Notes: generated by a model from the sequence alone, not told the origin. 64,000 nt of DNA from Candidatus Binataceae bacterium (GCA_030041155.1 JASHOJ010000047.1:14905-78904), one strand, 5' to 3'; positions 8,840 through 19,381 are shown, counted from the stretch's first letter. Program-made: numbers and translations.

Positions 8840-9844
8840 ATGCGGATGCCGCTTAAGCAAATGATCGACCTCGGCCGGTATGTGCGAGCCAGAAAAAAGG
8901 CCGGCGAGAAGTACTTTCCGCTGGTGCTGATGCTCGAGCCGCTGCACGCGTGCAATCTAGCCTGTATCGGATGCGGCCGGATTGTCGAATACAAAGACAC
9001 CATCCGCGACATGATGCCGCTCGAAGAGGCGCTCGCCTCGGCTGAGGAATGCGGAGCGCCGCTAGTCTCGATCTGCGGCGGAGAGCCGCTGATGTACAAG
9101 CATATCGTGCCGCTCACCACCCGGCTCATGGAAGAGCAGAAGCGGCACGTGATGATCTGCACCAACGCAATCCTGCTCGAACGATTCGTCAAGCAAGTGC
9201 CGCCTTCGCCCCGTCTGAGCTTCAATCTTCACCTCGACGGGATGCGAGACACCAATGATCGGGTGACCGATCGCAAAGGGCATTTCGATATCGTGATCAA
9301 GATGATCCGGATGCTCAAAGAGAAGGGTTACCGGGTCCAGACCAATACCACCGTGTTCCGGGAAACGACCGCCGAAGAATTGGAGGAGATGGTCAAGTAT
9401 CTCGGCAGTCTCGGAGTCGATGGGATGCTGCTCAGCCCCGGCTATCATTACCAGGTGCTGACCAACGATGAGCTGTACCTGACCGGCGATCAGAGCGTGG
9501 CGAAATTCCGCCGGGTCCGTGATCTCTCGCACGACTACAACGTGATCAACACGCCCATCTATCTGGACTACCTGGTCGGCGAACGCGATCTCCTGTGCAG
9601 CCCGTGGACCACGGTCACGCGCAATCCTCAGGGATGGAAGGGGCCCTGCTATCTAATTACCAACGGCCACTATAAGACGTTCGCGGATATGCACGAGAAG
9701 ACCGATTGGGAGTTCTATCGCACCAAGCAGGATGTCCGATGCCGCGACTGTAAGATGCATTCCGGTTTCGAGGGGACGGTCGCGATGGATTTCGGCAGGA
9801 ACCTGAAGGATTCGTGGCGGATGGTTCGCCATTACATGGCCTGA
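8840..9844 (+). CDS. hpnH: hopanoid biosynthesis radical-SAM protein HpnH (adenosylhopane synthase)
   Basis: LVLMLEPLHACNLACIGCGRI CxxxCxxC motif and overall HpnH architecture. Confidence 0.85.
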   Translation: MRMPLKQMIDLGRYVRARKKAGEKYFPLVLMLEPLHACNLACIGCGRIVEYKDTIRDMMPLEEALASAEECGAPLVSICGGEPLMYKHIVPLTTRLMEEQKRHVMICTNAILLERFVKQVPPSPRLSFNLHLDGMRDTNDRVTDRKGHFDIVIKMIRMLKEKGYRVQTNTTVFRETTAEELEEMVKYLGSLGVDGMLLSPGYHYQVLTNDELYLTGDQSVAKFRRVRDLSHDYNVINTPIYLDYLVGERDLLCSPWTTVTRNPQGWKGPCYLITNGHYKTFADMHEKTDWEFYRTKQDVRCRDCKMHSGFEGTVAMDFGRNLKDSWRMVRHYMA

Positions 9845-9858
9845 AGCGCCACAACGGC

Positions 9859-9889
9859 GCGCGGATTTCCCCGCGGGTGCGATCCGCGC
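9859..9889 (+). other. GC-rich stem-loop between hpnH and ispA (8-bp stem with a nested inner hairpin)
   Basis: GCGCGGAT-(ttccccgcgggtgcg)-ATCCGCGC. No U-tract follows. Confidence 0.25.
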
Positions 9890-9945
9890 CGTCGCGCCAA
9901 CTAACTGCCGATTAGTTCCGGCAGCGCCCGCCAGAGCCAGAAGAC

Positions 9946-10836
9946 GTGTTTGATCTTGATCGGTACCTGAAAGACCGTGCTGCGACAGTTGAACGCGCCC
10001 TTGAGCGCGCCGTGCCGGAGGTCTCCGGTCCCGATGCGCGCCTGTCCGACGCGATGCGCTACAGCTTGCTCAGCGGCGGCAAGCGCCTTCGGCCAATCCT
10101 GGCGCTCGCCGCTTGCGAGTCGGTCGGCGGCGCAATCGAGTCCGCGATGGGGCTCGCCTGCGCGGTCGAGATGATTCACACCTACTCGCTCATCCATGAC
10201 GATCTGCCGTGTATGGACAACGACGATTTTCGCCACGGCCGCCCAACCAATCACAAGATATACGGCGACGCGATGGCCACGCTGGCCGGCGATGCGCTGC
10301 TGACCGACGCGTTCAAGGTGCTGGCCCGATCGGTTTCGGAAGCCGTGCCGCTTGAGCTTATGGTCGCGACTATCGCGGAGCTTTCCGAGGCCGCTGGCTC
10401 GGCTGGGATGGTTGGCGGGCAGGTGATCGATATTCAGAGCGAGAATCAGAAGCTATCGCTCGACGAGCTGAAGCATCTGCACAGCAAAAAGACCGGCGCG
10501 CTTTTCCGAGCCTCGATATTGGGAGGCGCACGGCTTGGCGGCGCGAGCGCCGCGGAGATGGTCTCGCTGGAAGCCTTCGCGCGCGCCGTAGGGCTGGCGT
10601 TTCAGGTGGTCGACGACATCCTTGATGTGGAATCGACCACCGAAAAAATGGGCAAGCGGACGCAGAAGGACGATGCTCTGGGCAAGGCGACTTTCCCCGC
10701 ACTGCTCGGACTCGAAGAATCGCACGCGTTCGCCCGCTCTCTGATGCACACGGCGCACAGCGCGATTGCGGGCTTCGGCGATCGCGCCGAACCTTTGCGC
10801 CAGATCGCAGCGTTCATGGTGGAGCGCAAATCATGA
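9946..10836 (+). CDS. ispA: polyprenyl (farnesyl/geranylgeranyl) diphosphate synthase
   Basis: First and second Asp-rich motifs LIHDDLPCMDNDDFRHGRPT and FQVVDDILD. GTG start. Confidence 0.85.
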   Translation: MFDLDRYLKDRAATVERALERAVPEVSGPDARLSDAMRYSLLSGGKRLRPILALAACESVGGAIESAMGLACAVEMIHTYSLIHDDLPCMDNDDFRHGRPTNHKIYGDAMATLAGDALLTDAFKVLARSVSEAVPLELMVATIAELSEAAGSAGMVGGQVIDIQSENQKLSLDELKHLHSKKTGALFRASILGGARLGGASAAEMVSLEAFARAVGLAFQVVDDILDVESTTEKMGKRTQKDDALGKATFPALLGLEESHAFARSLMHTAHSAIAGFGDRAEPLRQIAAFMVERKS

Positions 10837-11891
10837 GCGCCGCCCCGGCTTATCAAACTCGGTCCGCGCGCCGCGCGATGCTGATCGAGCCGGGCCGTCT
10901 GGAGCTTTGCGCGTACGCTCCGCCCCGCCCGGGTCCGGGCGAGCTGCTACTTCAGGTGCGTTGCGCTTTGAGCTGCGGAACTGACCTGAAGGCATGGCGC
11001 CGCGGTCATCCCTTGTGGAAGCTGCCGATGCCCTTCGGGCACGAGTTCTCGGGCGTGGTGATCGAAGCCGGATCCGGAGTAAGCGCCTTCAAGGCCGGCG
11101 ATGAAGTGATGGCGGCGCCTACCGCGCCATGCGGCGAATGCTTTTACTGCGCGCGCGGGGACGAAAATCTGTGCCCCGATGCGGTCGGGCGGATGCTGCA
11201 CGGAGCATACGCGGACCTGATCGTGATTCCGGCGCATATCGTCGCGCGCAATACGTTTATCAAGCCGCGCGATCTTCCGTTCGAAGAAGCCGCGCTCCTG
11301 GAACCACTTTCGTGCGTCGTGCATGCGCAAGCGATGGCCGCGCCTGCCGCGCACGAGACAGCCATGGTCATCGGCGCCGGTGCATTTGGATTGCTTCACA
11401 TGATTGTTTTGCGCGCCGCCGGTGTTCGCCAGATAGTGGTCGCCGGACGCGGCGACGCGCGGCTTAGGTGGGCGGCCGACCTGGGCGCCGATCGCGTAAT
11501 CGATGTGCGCGCACAGGATGCAGCTTCCGAGATCGCGCGCTTAAACGGCGGTTTCGGCCCCGACCTGGTCATCGAATGCACCGGGCAAGTGGATGGATGG
11601 AGCGATGCGTTCGCGCGGGTACGCCGCGGCGGGCGGGTGGTATTTTTTGGCGGATGCGCGCCGGGAACCGCGCTTAGCGTCGACACTCGCCGGATGCATT
11701 ACGACAACCTGACACTGCTCGCTCCGTTTCACTATCGTCCGCGTGATGTTCAGGCGGCATACGCGATGCTTTCGCGGCGAGATCTGGGAGCCGGGCGGAT
11801 TATCAACGCGCGCCGCAGCCTGGCCGATCTCGCGAGGGTGTTTGAGATGCTGGAGCAGGGGACCGTGCTCAAATGCGCGGTAATTCCGTAG
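10833..11891 (+). CDS. Zn-dependent medium-chain alcohol dehydrogenase (threonine/sorbitol-DH-like) embedded in the hopanoid cluster
   Basis: CGTDLKAW...GHEFSG...Zn-site Cys cluster CGECFYCARGDENLC and a GxGxxG Rossmann motif. ATGA overlap with ispA. Confidence 0.75.
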   Translation: MSAAPAYQTRSARRAMLIEPGRLELCAYAPPRPGPGELLLQVRCALSCGTDLKAWRRGHPLWKLPMPFGHEFSGVVIEAGSGVSAFKAGDEVMAAPTAPCGECFYCARGDENLCPDAVGRMLHGAYADLIVIPAHIVARNTFIKPRDLPFEEAALLEPLSCVVHAQAMAAPAAHETAMVIGAGAFGLLHMIVLRAAGVRQIVVAGRGDARLRWAADLGADRVIDVRAQDAASEIARLNGGFGPDLVIECTGQVDGWSDAFARVRRGGRVVFFGGCAPGTALSVDTRRMHYDNLTLLAPFHYRPRDVQAAYAMLSRRDLGAGRIINARRSLADLARVFEMLEQGTVLKCAVIP

Positions 11892-11909
11892 CGGCGCGAA
11901 TTTAAGCGG

Positions 11910-13889
11910 GTGCAAGCGATTGGTATGAGCCAGATTGTAGAGACTGATTTTCCGGCGCAAGCCGCGCCGATAGCATCACGCGACGAGTTCGCGGCCAAAA
12001 TCGATTTCACCATCGACCGCGCGCAGCGATCGCTTATCGCCGCGCAGTATCCTGAGGGCTACTGGCACGCTCCGCTCGAGGCGAATGCGGAGATGAACGC
12101 CGAGTTCATCATCTTCAATCACTTCATGGAGAATGTCGATCCGGTTCTCGAGTCGAAACTCAAGAAATTCCTGCTCGATAGTCAGAACGCCGACGGCAGT
12201 TGGAGCCTCTATGCCGGTGGCGAGGGCTATCTGTCGAGCACGATTGAGGCCTACTTCGCGCTCAAGCTTGCCGGGATGCGCGCCGGCGACGAGCCGCTGC
12301 TCCAATCTCGCCGATGGATTCTCGCGCACGGCGGAATCGAGAAGTGCGGAACCCTTGCGCGCTTCTATCTTGCCGCGATGGGGCAGGTGCCGTGGGAAGC
12401 TACCGCGGCGATTCCCCCCGAGGTCGTGCTGCTGCCCAACTGGTTCCCGTTCAACGTGTATGAACTGGCATCGTGGGCGCGCGGCACCGTCTTCGGCCTG
12501 ATGGTTCTGCAGGCGATGCGCCCGATGGTGCCGGTGAGCTTTCAGGAAGGCGTGCTGGAGCTTTACATTCAGCCTCCGCACTTCACGCGCTTCAAACAGC
12601 CGGCCGCGGCGCGTCTTTTCTCTCTGCGCTCGATGTTTAACGTGCTCGATCGCGGCCTCCGCTTCTACAATCGGCACGCGCCCTCCGGTCTTCGCTCAAA
12701 AGCGCTTCGCGCGGCAGAGAGCTGGATCGTCGAGCATCAGGAGGCCAATGGTTCATGGGGCGGTATCGAGCCATGCTACCTGCTGAGCGCGATGGCGCTG
12801 AAGGCGCTTGGCTACAAGCTCGATCATCCGGTGCTCAAAAAGGCGCTTGAGGCGTCCAAGGAGCTTATCTGGGAGTTCGGCGATCGCGCGCTCTATATGC
12901 CGTGCGTCTCGCCCAACTGGGACAGCGCGCTTGCGGCCAAGGCGCTGCTCGATTCCGGACTCGATCGGAGTCATCCCGCTCTTACGAAGTGCACCGAATG
13001 GTTCATCGATCATCAGATCTTCGAGCGCGGCGACTGGTCGATAAAACGGCCGAAGCTCGAGCCGGGCGGCTGGGCGTTTGAGTTCTACAACAATTGCTAT
13101 CCCGATGTGGACGATTCCGCCGTGATCCTCGCCGCGATGGCGGAGTGCGAAGGCGCGGATAAGGAGAAGCGCGATCGTTCGATTCGCGCCGGCGCGAACT
13201 GGGTGATGGGGATGCAATCGAAGGACGGCGGTTTCGCCGCCTTCGACGTTGATAATGATTCGCACTGGCTCAATTCGCTGCCGCTCGCGGATGTCGAAGC
13301 GGTGACCGATCCCTCGTGCGCGGATCTGACCGGACGCGTGCTCGAGATGATGGGCGCGGTCGGCTACAAGCCCGACCATCCTGTCGCTCGCCGCGCGATC
13401 GATTGGCTCCGAAAAAATCAGACGCCCGAGGGCGCGTGGTGGGGAAGGTGGGGCGTCGCCTACATTTATGGAACTTTCTCCGCGCTGTCAGGATTGCGCG
13501 CGATAGGCTTTGACATGAGCGAGCCCTGGATTCGCCGCGCGGTCGAGTGGCTCAAGTCAAAGCAGAACGAAGACGGTGGTTGGGGCGAGAGCCCGATGGC
13601 CGACAGGGATTCCGCCTGGCGCGGACGCGGCACCAGTTGCGCCTCGCAGACCGCGTGGGCGCTCATCGGTCTCGTCGCGGGCGAAGATGGTGTTTCTGAT
13701 AGCGCGATGCGCGCGGCGTCTTGGCTCTGGGAGCGGCAGAACGACAATGGCGCGTGGGACGAATCGGAGTTTACCGGCAACGGCTTCCCAAACCATTTTT
13801 ATCTCCGATACTACATGTATTCCCATTATTTCCCGTTGATGGCGCTGGGCCGGCTCAGAAAACGCATCTCTGAAACGCGGGCGTCTTGA
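11910..13889 (+). CDS. shc: squalene-hopene cyclase
   Basis: Multiple QxxxGxW repeats and the catalytic DVDDSAV (DxDD) motif. An alternative ATG start lies at 11925. Confidence 0.9.
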   Translation: MQAIGMSQIVETDFPAQAAPIASRDEFAAKIDFTIDRAQRSLIAAQYPEGYWHAPLEANAEMNAEFIIFNHFMENVDPVLESKLKKFLLDSQNADGSWSLYAGGEGYLSSTIEAYFALKLAGMRAGDEPLLQSRRWILAHGGIEKCGTLARFYLAAMGQVPWEATAAIPPEVVLLPNWFPFNVYELASWARGTVFGLMVLQAMRPMVPVSFQEGVLELYIQPPHFTRFKQPAAARLFSLRSMFNVLDRGLRFYNRHAPSGLRSKALRAAESWIVEHQEANGSWGGIEPCYLLSAMALKALGYKLDHPVLKKALEASKELIWEFGDRALYMPCVSPNWDSALAAKALLDSGLDRSHPALTKCTEWFIDHQIFERGDWSIKRPKLEPGGWAFEFYNNCYPDVDDSAVILAAMAECEGADKEKRDRSIRAGANWVMGMQSKDGGFAAFDVDNDSHWLNSLPLADVEAVTDPSCADLTGRVLEMMGAVGYKPDHPVARRAIDWLRKNQTPEGAWWGRWGVAYIYGTFSALSGLRAIGFDMSEPWIRRAVEWLKSKQNEDGGWGESPMADRDSAWRGRGTSCASQTAWALIGLVAGEDGVSDSAMRAASWLWERQNDNGAWDESEFTGNGFPNHFYLRYYMYSHYFPLMALGRLRKRISETRAS

Positions 13890-13916
13890 AACCGCGTGCC
13901 GTAACTGGTTGCGCAG

Positions 13917-15095
13917 ATGGCGTCAAAGGCAATCTCGATTCTCGGAACCACCGGCTCGGTTGGAGTGACCACCCTCGACGTGGTCGCGCGCTATCGAGAT
14001 CGCTTTCGCGTGGTTGCGATGGCTGCCGGAAGAAATCTAGATCTCCTGGTTCGCCAGATTGCTGATTTCAAGCCCGAGCTGGTTTCGGTTGCCAATGCTG
14101 CCCTCGCCGTGGAGCTGCGCGCTCGGCTTACAGCCGGCAGCCGAGTTGAGATCGCGCACGGGCTTGAGGGTGCGTGCGCCGTCGCGACTCATCCCGAGGC
14201 GAAGCTCGTGGTCTCAGCGCTGGTCGGCGCGCTTGGCCTGCGTCCCACCCTGGCCGCTATCAAGGCGGGCAAAGACATCGCGTTTGCCAATAAGGAGGTT
14301 CTGGTTGTCGCCGGAGAGATGGTCACGCGCGCGGTTCGCGAGTCCGGCGTGCGCCTGCTTCCGGTCGATAGCGAACACAACGCGATTTTCCAGTGCCTTG
14401 AGGGGCGCGGCCGCGACTCGCTCAAGCGAATCATCCTTACCGCGTCGGGCGGTCCTTTCCGCGAGCTTTCCGCCGATCGCTTCGCTGCGATTACGGTCGA
14501 GCAGGCGCTCAAGCATCCCACCTGGCGGATGGGCAGCAAGATCACGATCGACTCGGCGACCCTGATGAACAAAGGGCTGGAAGTGATCGAGGCGCGGTGG
14601 TTGTTCGATGTATCTCGCGCGCGGGTAAACGTTGTCATCCATCCGCAGAGCGTCATCCATTCGATGGTCGAGATGGTTGACGGCTCGGTTATCGCCGAGA
14701 TGGCGATTCCCGATATGGCGATTCCGGTCGCCTACGCGCTCGCGTATCCGGAGCGTCTGCCGCTGCCTCATCTTAAACCGCTATCACTTGCCGAGTGCTC
14801 GCGGCTGACGTTCGAGGAGCCTGACCTCGACCGTTTTCCGTGCCTGCGGCTCGCATTCGACGCGCTCGACGCCGGCGCGACGATGCCCGCGTGCCTGAAC
14901 GCCGCGAATGAGGAACTGGTCGCCGGATTTCTGGCCGGCAAAACGCGCTTTATCGATATCCCGCGGCATATCGAGACAATCATGCGGCGGCATCCGAATT
15001 CTCCGGCGCGAACCCTGGAAGATCTGCTCGAAGTTGACGAATGGGCGCGTGCAGAGGCGCGCCAACTAATCGGCGGCACGCCAAAAGCCGCCTGA
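13917..15095 (+). CDS. dxr: 1-deoxy-D-xylulose-5-phosphate reductoisomerase
   Basis: N-terminal ILGTTGSVG NADPH motif, then LLPVDSEHNAIFQ and ITVDSATLMNKG motifs. Confidence 0.9.
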   Translation: MASKAISILGTTGSVGVTTLDVVARYRDRFRVVAMAAGRNLDLLVRQIADFKPELVSVANAALAVELRARLTAGSRVEIAHGLEGACAVATHPEAKLVVSALVGALGLRPTLAAIKAGKDIAFANKEVLVVAGEMVTRAVRESGVRLLPVDSEHNAIFQCLEGRGRDSLKRIILTASGGPFRELSADRFAAITVEQALKHPTWRMGSKITIDSATLMNKGLEVIEARWLFDVSRARVNVVIHPQSVIHSMVEMVDGSVIAEMAIPDMAIPVAYALAYPERLPLPHLKPLSLAECSRLTFEEPDLDRFPCLRLAFDALDAGATMPACLNAANEELVAGFLAGKTRFIDIPRHIETIMRRHPNSPARTLEDLLEVDEWARAEARQLIGGTPKAA

Positions 15096-15112
15096 TACGA
15101 GGTCGTACTTCG

Positions 15113-16045
15113 ATGGATGCGATACGGACGCGGGAGGCGGGACCGGAAGGCTTAGGTGCCGGATCGGATCTCGCCGCTGATGCGTTCGGCGCGCAATCCC
15201 TCAGGCTCGACGAGGCCTACGCCTGGTGCGGAAAACTCGCGCGCTCGCATTACGAGAACTTCACCATCGCGTCGTGGCTGATGCCGGCGGCGATGCGCAA
15301 GCATATGCACGCGATCTACGCGTACGCGCGAATTGCCGACGACTTCGCCGACGAGGAGCACGATCTCAAAAAGCTCGACGATTGGGAGCGCCAGCTCGAC
15401 CTCGCGTACGCCGGCGCGCCGCGGCATCCGGTATTCGTCGCTCTTGCGGATACCGCCAGAAAGTATGATATCCCGCGCGGCCCATTCGCCGATCTGCTGA
15501 CCGCGTTTCGCTCCGACGTCGATTTCAAAGGCTTCGAGACGATGGACGAGTTGCTGGGCGGCTACTGCGCTTACTCGGCCAATCCGGTCGGCCGTCTGGT
15601 GCTCTATCTGTTCGGCTACCGCGACGCGGAGCGCCAGCGCGCGTCTGATCTGGTATGCAGCGGCCTTCAGCTTGCGAATTTCTGGCAGGACGTCGCGATC
15701 GATCTCGAAAAGGGCCGCATCTATTTTCCGCGCGCTGACCTCGCGCGCTTTGGCGTAACCCCGTCCGATCTCCAGAGTGGAGCTGTGACCGCGCAATTCA
15801 CCGCTCTGATGGACCACGAGATCGGCGTCGCGCGCGCGATGCTGCGCGAAGGAGGACTCACTCTCGCCGGATCGGTGGACCGGCGCCTGCGCCGCGACAT
15901 CCTGATGTTCGCCGGCGGAGGACTGGCGATTTTGCGCTTGATTGAACAGGCAGGCTGCGATGTGTTCCGCAACCGTCCGAAGCTTTCCAAACTCGACTAT
16001 TTCAAACTTGGCTGGAATGCCTTGAGAGGACGACTTGAAACCTGA
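15113..16045 (+). CDS. hpnC: squalene-synthase-like HpnC (hydroxysqualene synthase)
   Basis: Trans-isoprenyl diphosphate synthase fold: YAYARIADDFADE and LANFWQDVAIDLEKGRIYFP. Confidence 0.8.
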   Translation: MDAIRTREAGPEGLGAGSDLAADAFGAQSLRLDEAYAWCGKLARSHYENFTIASWLMPAAMRKHMHAIYAYARIADDFADEEHDLKKLDDWERQLDLAYAGAPRHPVFVALADTARKYDIPRGPFADLLTAFRSDVDFKGFETMDELLGGYCAYSANPVGRLVLYLFGYRDAERQRASDLVCSGLQLANFWQDVAIDLEKGRIYFPRADLARFGVTPSDLQSGAVTAQFTALMDHEIGVARAMLREGGLTLAGSVDRRLRRDILMFAGGGLAILRLIEQAGCDVFRNRPKLSKLDYFKLGWNALRGRLET

Positions 16046-16970
16046 ACATGTGCCGGCTAATGCGGATAACTCGGCGCCCGATGCGGCGTTGGTGGCTGAC
16101 TACGAGCACTGCGCTGAAATAACGCGGCGCTCGTCGTCGAACTTCTATTACGCGTTCATGCTGCTGCCCGTCGAGCGGCGCAGAGCGCTCTACGCCGTAT
16201 ATGCCTTCTGCCGCTTCGTCGATGATATAGCGGACGACGGCGCAGGCCCGGATGGCGCGGAGCGCTCGCCGGCGGATTTGCTTCGCCAGTGGCGCGACGA
16301 GCTCGATCGCGTCTACCGCGGCGCGCCGACCCGCGCTATCTCGCGCGCGCTTGCCGATACCGCGGCGCGATTCGCGATCCCGCGCGGCTACTTCGACGAG
16401 GTGATCTCCGGGGTCGAGATGGACCTCTCGCAGAAGCGCTACGCCACCTTTGACGACTTGCGGCTCTATTGTTTTCGCGTCGCTGCCGCGGTCGGGCTCA
16501 TCTGTATCGAAATTTTCGGCTACAGCAATCCGAACGCGCGGGTGTATGCGGAATATCTGGGAATCGCGTGCCAGCTCACCAACATCCTGCGCGACGTCAA
16601 GGAAGACGCCGGGCGCGGCCGTATCTATCTGCCGCTTGAGGATCTGGCCCGCTTCGGCGTGAGCGAAGATGAAATTCTGCGCGGAATTTATAGCGACGCC
16701 TTCGTGCGCCTGATGGAATTCGAAGCCGCGCGCGCCCGCGATTTCTACGATCAGGCCGATCGCCTGCTTCCCGACGAAGACCGGTCCAGCTTGCGCACGG
16801 CCGAGGCGATGCGGCAGATTTACGGCTCGCTGCTGAACCTGATCGTCCAGTCGAATTACCGCGTGCTGGACAAGCGGCTCAGCCTCTCCGCGACGCGCAA
16901 GCTCTATCTGGTCGGGCGCGTATGGGCCAGTTCCAGGCTCGGCGCGCTGCGCGGCCAGGCGCGCGCCTAA
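16035..16970 (+). CDS. hpnD: presqualene diphosphate synthase HpnD
   Basis: YAFCRFVDDIADD and GIACQLTNILRDVKEDAGRGRIYLP motifs. Non-ATG start (TTG at 16035 or GTG at 16050) overlapping the hpnC stop. Confidence 0.8.
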   Translation: MKPEHVPANADNSAPDAALVADYEHCAEITRRSSSNFYYAFMLLPVERRRALYAVYAFCRFVDDIADDGAGPDGAERSPADLLRQWRDELDRVYRGAPTRAISRALADTAARFAIPRGYFDEVISGVEMDLSQKRYATFDDLRLYCFRVAAAVGLICIEIFGYSNPNARVYAEYLGIACQLTNILRDVKEDAGRGRIYLPLEDLARFGVSEDEILRGIYSDAFVRLMEFEAARARDFYDQADRLLPDEDRSSLRTAEAMRQIYGSLLNLIVQSNYRVLDKRLSLSATRKLYLVGRVWASSRLGALRGQARA

Positions 16971-17000
16971 TAGCATGGGTGAGCGCGAGCCGCCGGCACG

Positions 17001-18380
17001 ATGTCAATGATCGACCCGAAAGATGTGGTCGTGATCGGCGGCGGATTCGCGGGACTCAGCGCGGCGGTGGCGCTTGCCGAAAAAGGTTTTCGGGTCGCGG
17101 TGCTGGAAGGAAAGCCGTCGCTTGGCGGGCGCGCTTACTCGTTCCAGGATCCCGATACCGGCGACTTCGTCGATAACGGCCAGCATGTGCTGATGGGATG
17201 CTATACGGCCACGCTGGATTTCCTGCGCAGAATCGGATCGGCGGATAATCTGGTCTTTCACCAGGATCTCGAAATCGAGATGCTGGCGGGGCCTGGCAAC
17301 AGCGCTACCTTGCGCACCGCGCCGCTGCCCGGACCTCTTCATATGAGCGCCGCCCTGATGCGCTATCGGCATCTCAGCGTCGCCGAGCGGATTCAGGTCG
17401 TGCGCGGAGGGTTAAGGTTGCTCGCGATGCGCCGCCGCGATCGTCGCGCGCTGGAAAAGATGACTGTCACGGCTCTGATGGAATCGCTCGGGCAGAGCGC
17501 GAATGCCTGCCGCGCGTTCTGGTTCCCGCTTTCGATTGCGACGCTCAATGACGAGCCGCGGCTATCCTCGGCGGCGCTGCTCGCCGAGGTGCTCAAACGC
17601 GCGTTTTTCTCTCGCCGCCGCGATTCGGCTTTCGTCTATTCGCGGGTTGGACTGAGCGACCTTTATTGCACCGGCGCTCGCGCGATTATCGAGAACGCGG
17701 GCGGCGTCGTATCCACTCGCGCGATTGTCGATTCCCTCGATCGCGGCGAAGACGGCTCGGTTGCTTGCGCGCGGCTGCGGGACGGCCGCAGGCTCGGCGC
17801 CGCCAATTTCATCTCCGCCGTGCCGCCGCAGAGCCTCACGCGGATGCTGCCCGCGGAGGATGGCGCGGATCCATATTTTTCGCGGCTAGCGGAGCTTGGC
17901 GATTCGCCGATCATCTGCGTCCACGTATGGTTCGATCGGGAGATTACCCGCTCCGCGTTCGTCGGCTTTATCGGCGCCACCACTCAGTGGATGTTCAACA
18001 AGCGCAGGATTTTCGAGCGGCACGGCGAGCGGCATCCCGGCTATTTGAGTTTCGTGATCAGCGGAGCGCGCAGACTGGTCGACAGCTCCAATGATGCGCT
18101 GCTCGACCTGGTGCTGGCCGATCTCTGCGCCATGATTCCCGCCGCGCGCGATGCGAAAGTCGTGAAAGCGCTGGTGCTCAAGGAGAAGCGGGCCACGATG
18201 GCGCCCGACCTGCGCTCTCATCAGCTCCGCCCGGGAACCGTGTCGCCGCTCAAAAATCTGTTTCTTGCCGGCGACTGGGTGCAGACCGGTCTTCCCGCGA
18301 CTATCGAAAGCGCGGTCATCTCCGGAATGGCGGCGGCGTCCGCGGTGGCCGCACGATCAACATCCCTTCAGGCGCAATGA
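17001..18380 (+). CDS. hpnE: hydroxysqualene dehydroxylase HpnE (FAD amine-oxidase fold)
   Basis: VVVIGGGFAGLSAAVALAEKGFRVAVLEGKPSLGGRAYSF dinucleotide-binding motif. Position is directly after hpnD. Confidence 0.85.
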   Translation: MSMIDPKDVVVIGGGFAGLSAAVALAEKGFRVAVLEGKPSLGGRAYSFQDPDTGDFVDNGQHVLMGCYTATLDFLRRIGSADNLVFHQDLEIEMLAGPGNSATLRTAPLPGPLHMSAALMRYRHLSVAERIQVVRGGLRLLAMRRRDRRALEKMTVTALMESLGQSANACRAFWFPLSIATLNDEPRLSSAALLAEVLKRAFFSRRRDSAFVYSRVGLSDLYCTGARAIIENAGGVVSTRAIVDSLDRGEDGSVACARLRDGRRLGAANFISAVPPQSLTRMLPAEDGADPYFSRLAELGDSPIICVHVWFDREITRSAFVGFIGATTQWMFNKRRIFERHGERHPGYLSFVISGARRLVDSSNDALLDLVLADLCAMIPAARDAKVVKALVLKEKRATMAPDLRSHQLRPGTVSPLKNLFLAGDWVQTGLPATIESAVISGMAAASAVAARSTSLQAQ

Positions 18381-19381
18381 TGGATCCGAAGCTCGCGCTG
18401 GTAACCGGCGGCAACGGCTTTGTCGGATGCTATGTCGTGCGCGCCCTCCTTCGACAGGGCTGCCGGGTGCGGGTGCTGGTTCGCGAGCACGCCGACATCA
18501 CGGCGCTTGCCGGCCTTCAGGTTGATCTCGCGCGCGGTGATTTGCGAGACGCCCATGCGGTCAGGCGCGCTGCTGCGGGATGCAGCGAGGTTTATCACGT
18601 CGCTGCCGATTACCGCCTGTGGGTGCCGGATCCGGCGGCCATGTACGCGAGCAACGTCGATGGAACCCGCAATGTAATAGAAGCCGCGCGGGCGGCGGGC
18701 GTCCAGCGTATCATTTACACCAGCACGGTCGGCGTTCTCGGGATTCCGCATGGCGCGCCCGGCACCGAAGAGACGCCCTCGTCGCTTCAGGACATGCCCG
18801 GACCATATAAGCGATCGAAATTCATGGCCGAAGAGGTTGCTCGCGAGGCCGCGCGCGCCGGCGCTCCAGTCGTGATCGTGAATCCATCAACCCCGGTGGG
18901 CGCGCTCGATCTGAAACCGACTCCCACCGGACGAATCATCCGCGACTTCATAAGTGGCAGGATGCCGGCATACGTGGACACCGGGCTTAATCTGGTTGAC
19001 GTGGAAGACTGCGCGCGCGGCCATCTGCTTGCCGCCGAGCGCGGGAAAATCGGCGAGCGATATATTCTGGGCGGGGAAAACCTGACCTTAAAGGAGATGT
19101 TCGAGCGTCTTGAGCGCCTGTCGGGAGTGCCGGCTCCGAAGCACAGAATTCCATACGCGGTCGCGCTCGGATTTGCGCTCGGCGCGGAGACGCTAGCGCG
19201 CACGGTGACCCATCGCGCTCCGCGCGCCAGCGTCACCGAGGTCCGGATGTCGCGCAAGCACATGTTCTTTGATTCGTCGAAGGCGCGCAGCGAACTTGGC
19301 TACGCTCCGGGCCCGGTGGATGGCGCGCTTGCGCGCGCGATCGAGTTCTTTCGCAACTCCGCGCCCTCGCGAGCGGCTTAG
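18377..19381 (+). CDS. hpnA: hopanoid-associated NAD-dependent epimerase/dehydratase HpnA
   Basis: LVTGGNGFVGCYVVRALL Rossmann motif and a YKRSK active site. ATGA overlap with hpnE. Confidence 0.8.
   Translation: MMDPKLALVTGGNGFVGCYVVRALLRQGCRVRVLVREHADITALAGLQVDLARGDLRDAHAVRRAAAGCSEVYHVAADYRLWVPDPAAMYASNVDGTRNVIEAARAAGVQRIIYTSTVGVLGIPHGAPGTEETPSSLQDMPGPYKRSKFMAEEVAREAARAGAPVVIVNPSTPVGALDLKPTPTGRIIRDFISGRMPAYVDTGLNLVDVEDCARGHLLAAERGKIGERYILGGENLTLKEMFERLERLSGVPAPKHRIPYAVALGFALGAETLARTVTHRAPRASVTEVRMSRKHMFFDSSKARSELGYAPGPVDGALARAIEFFRNSAPSRAA

Noticed and set aside
16002-16976. 324-aa minus-strand ORF opposite hpnD
   Set aside because: hpnD carries the squalene/phytoene-synthase Asp-rich motifs. 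The antisense ORF has none and is Arg/Ala-rich.
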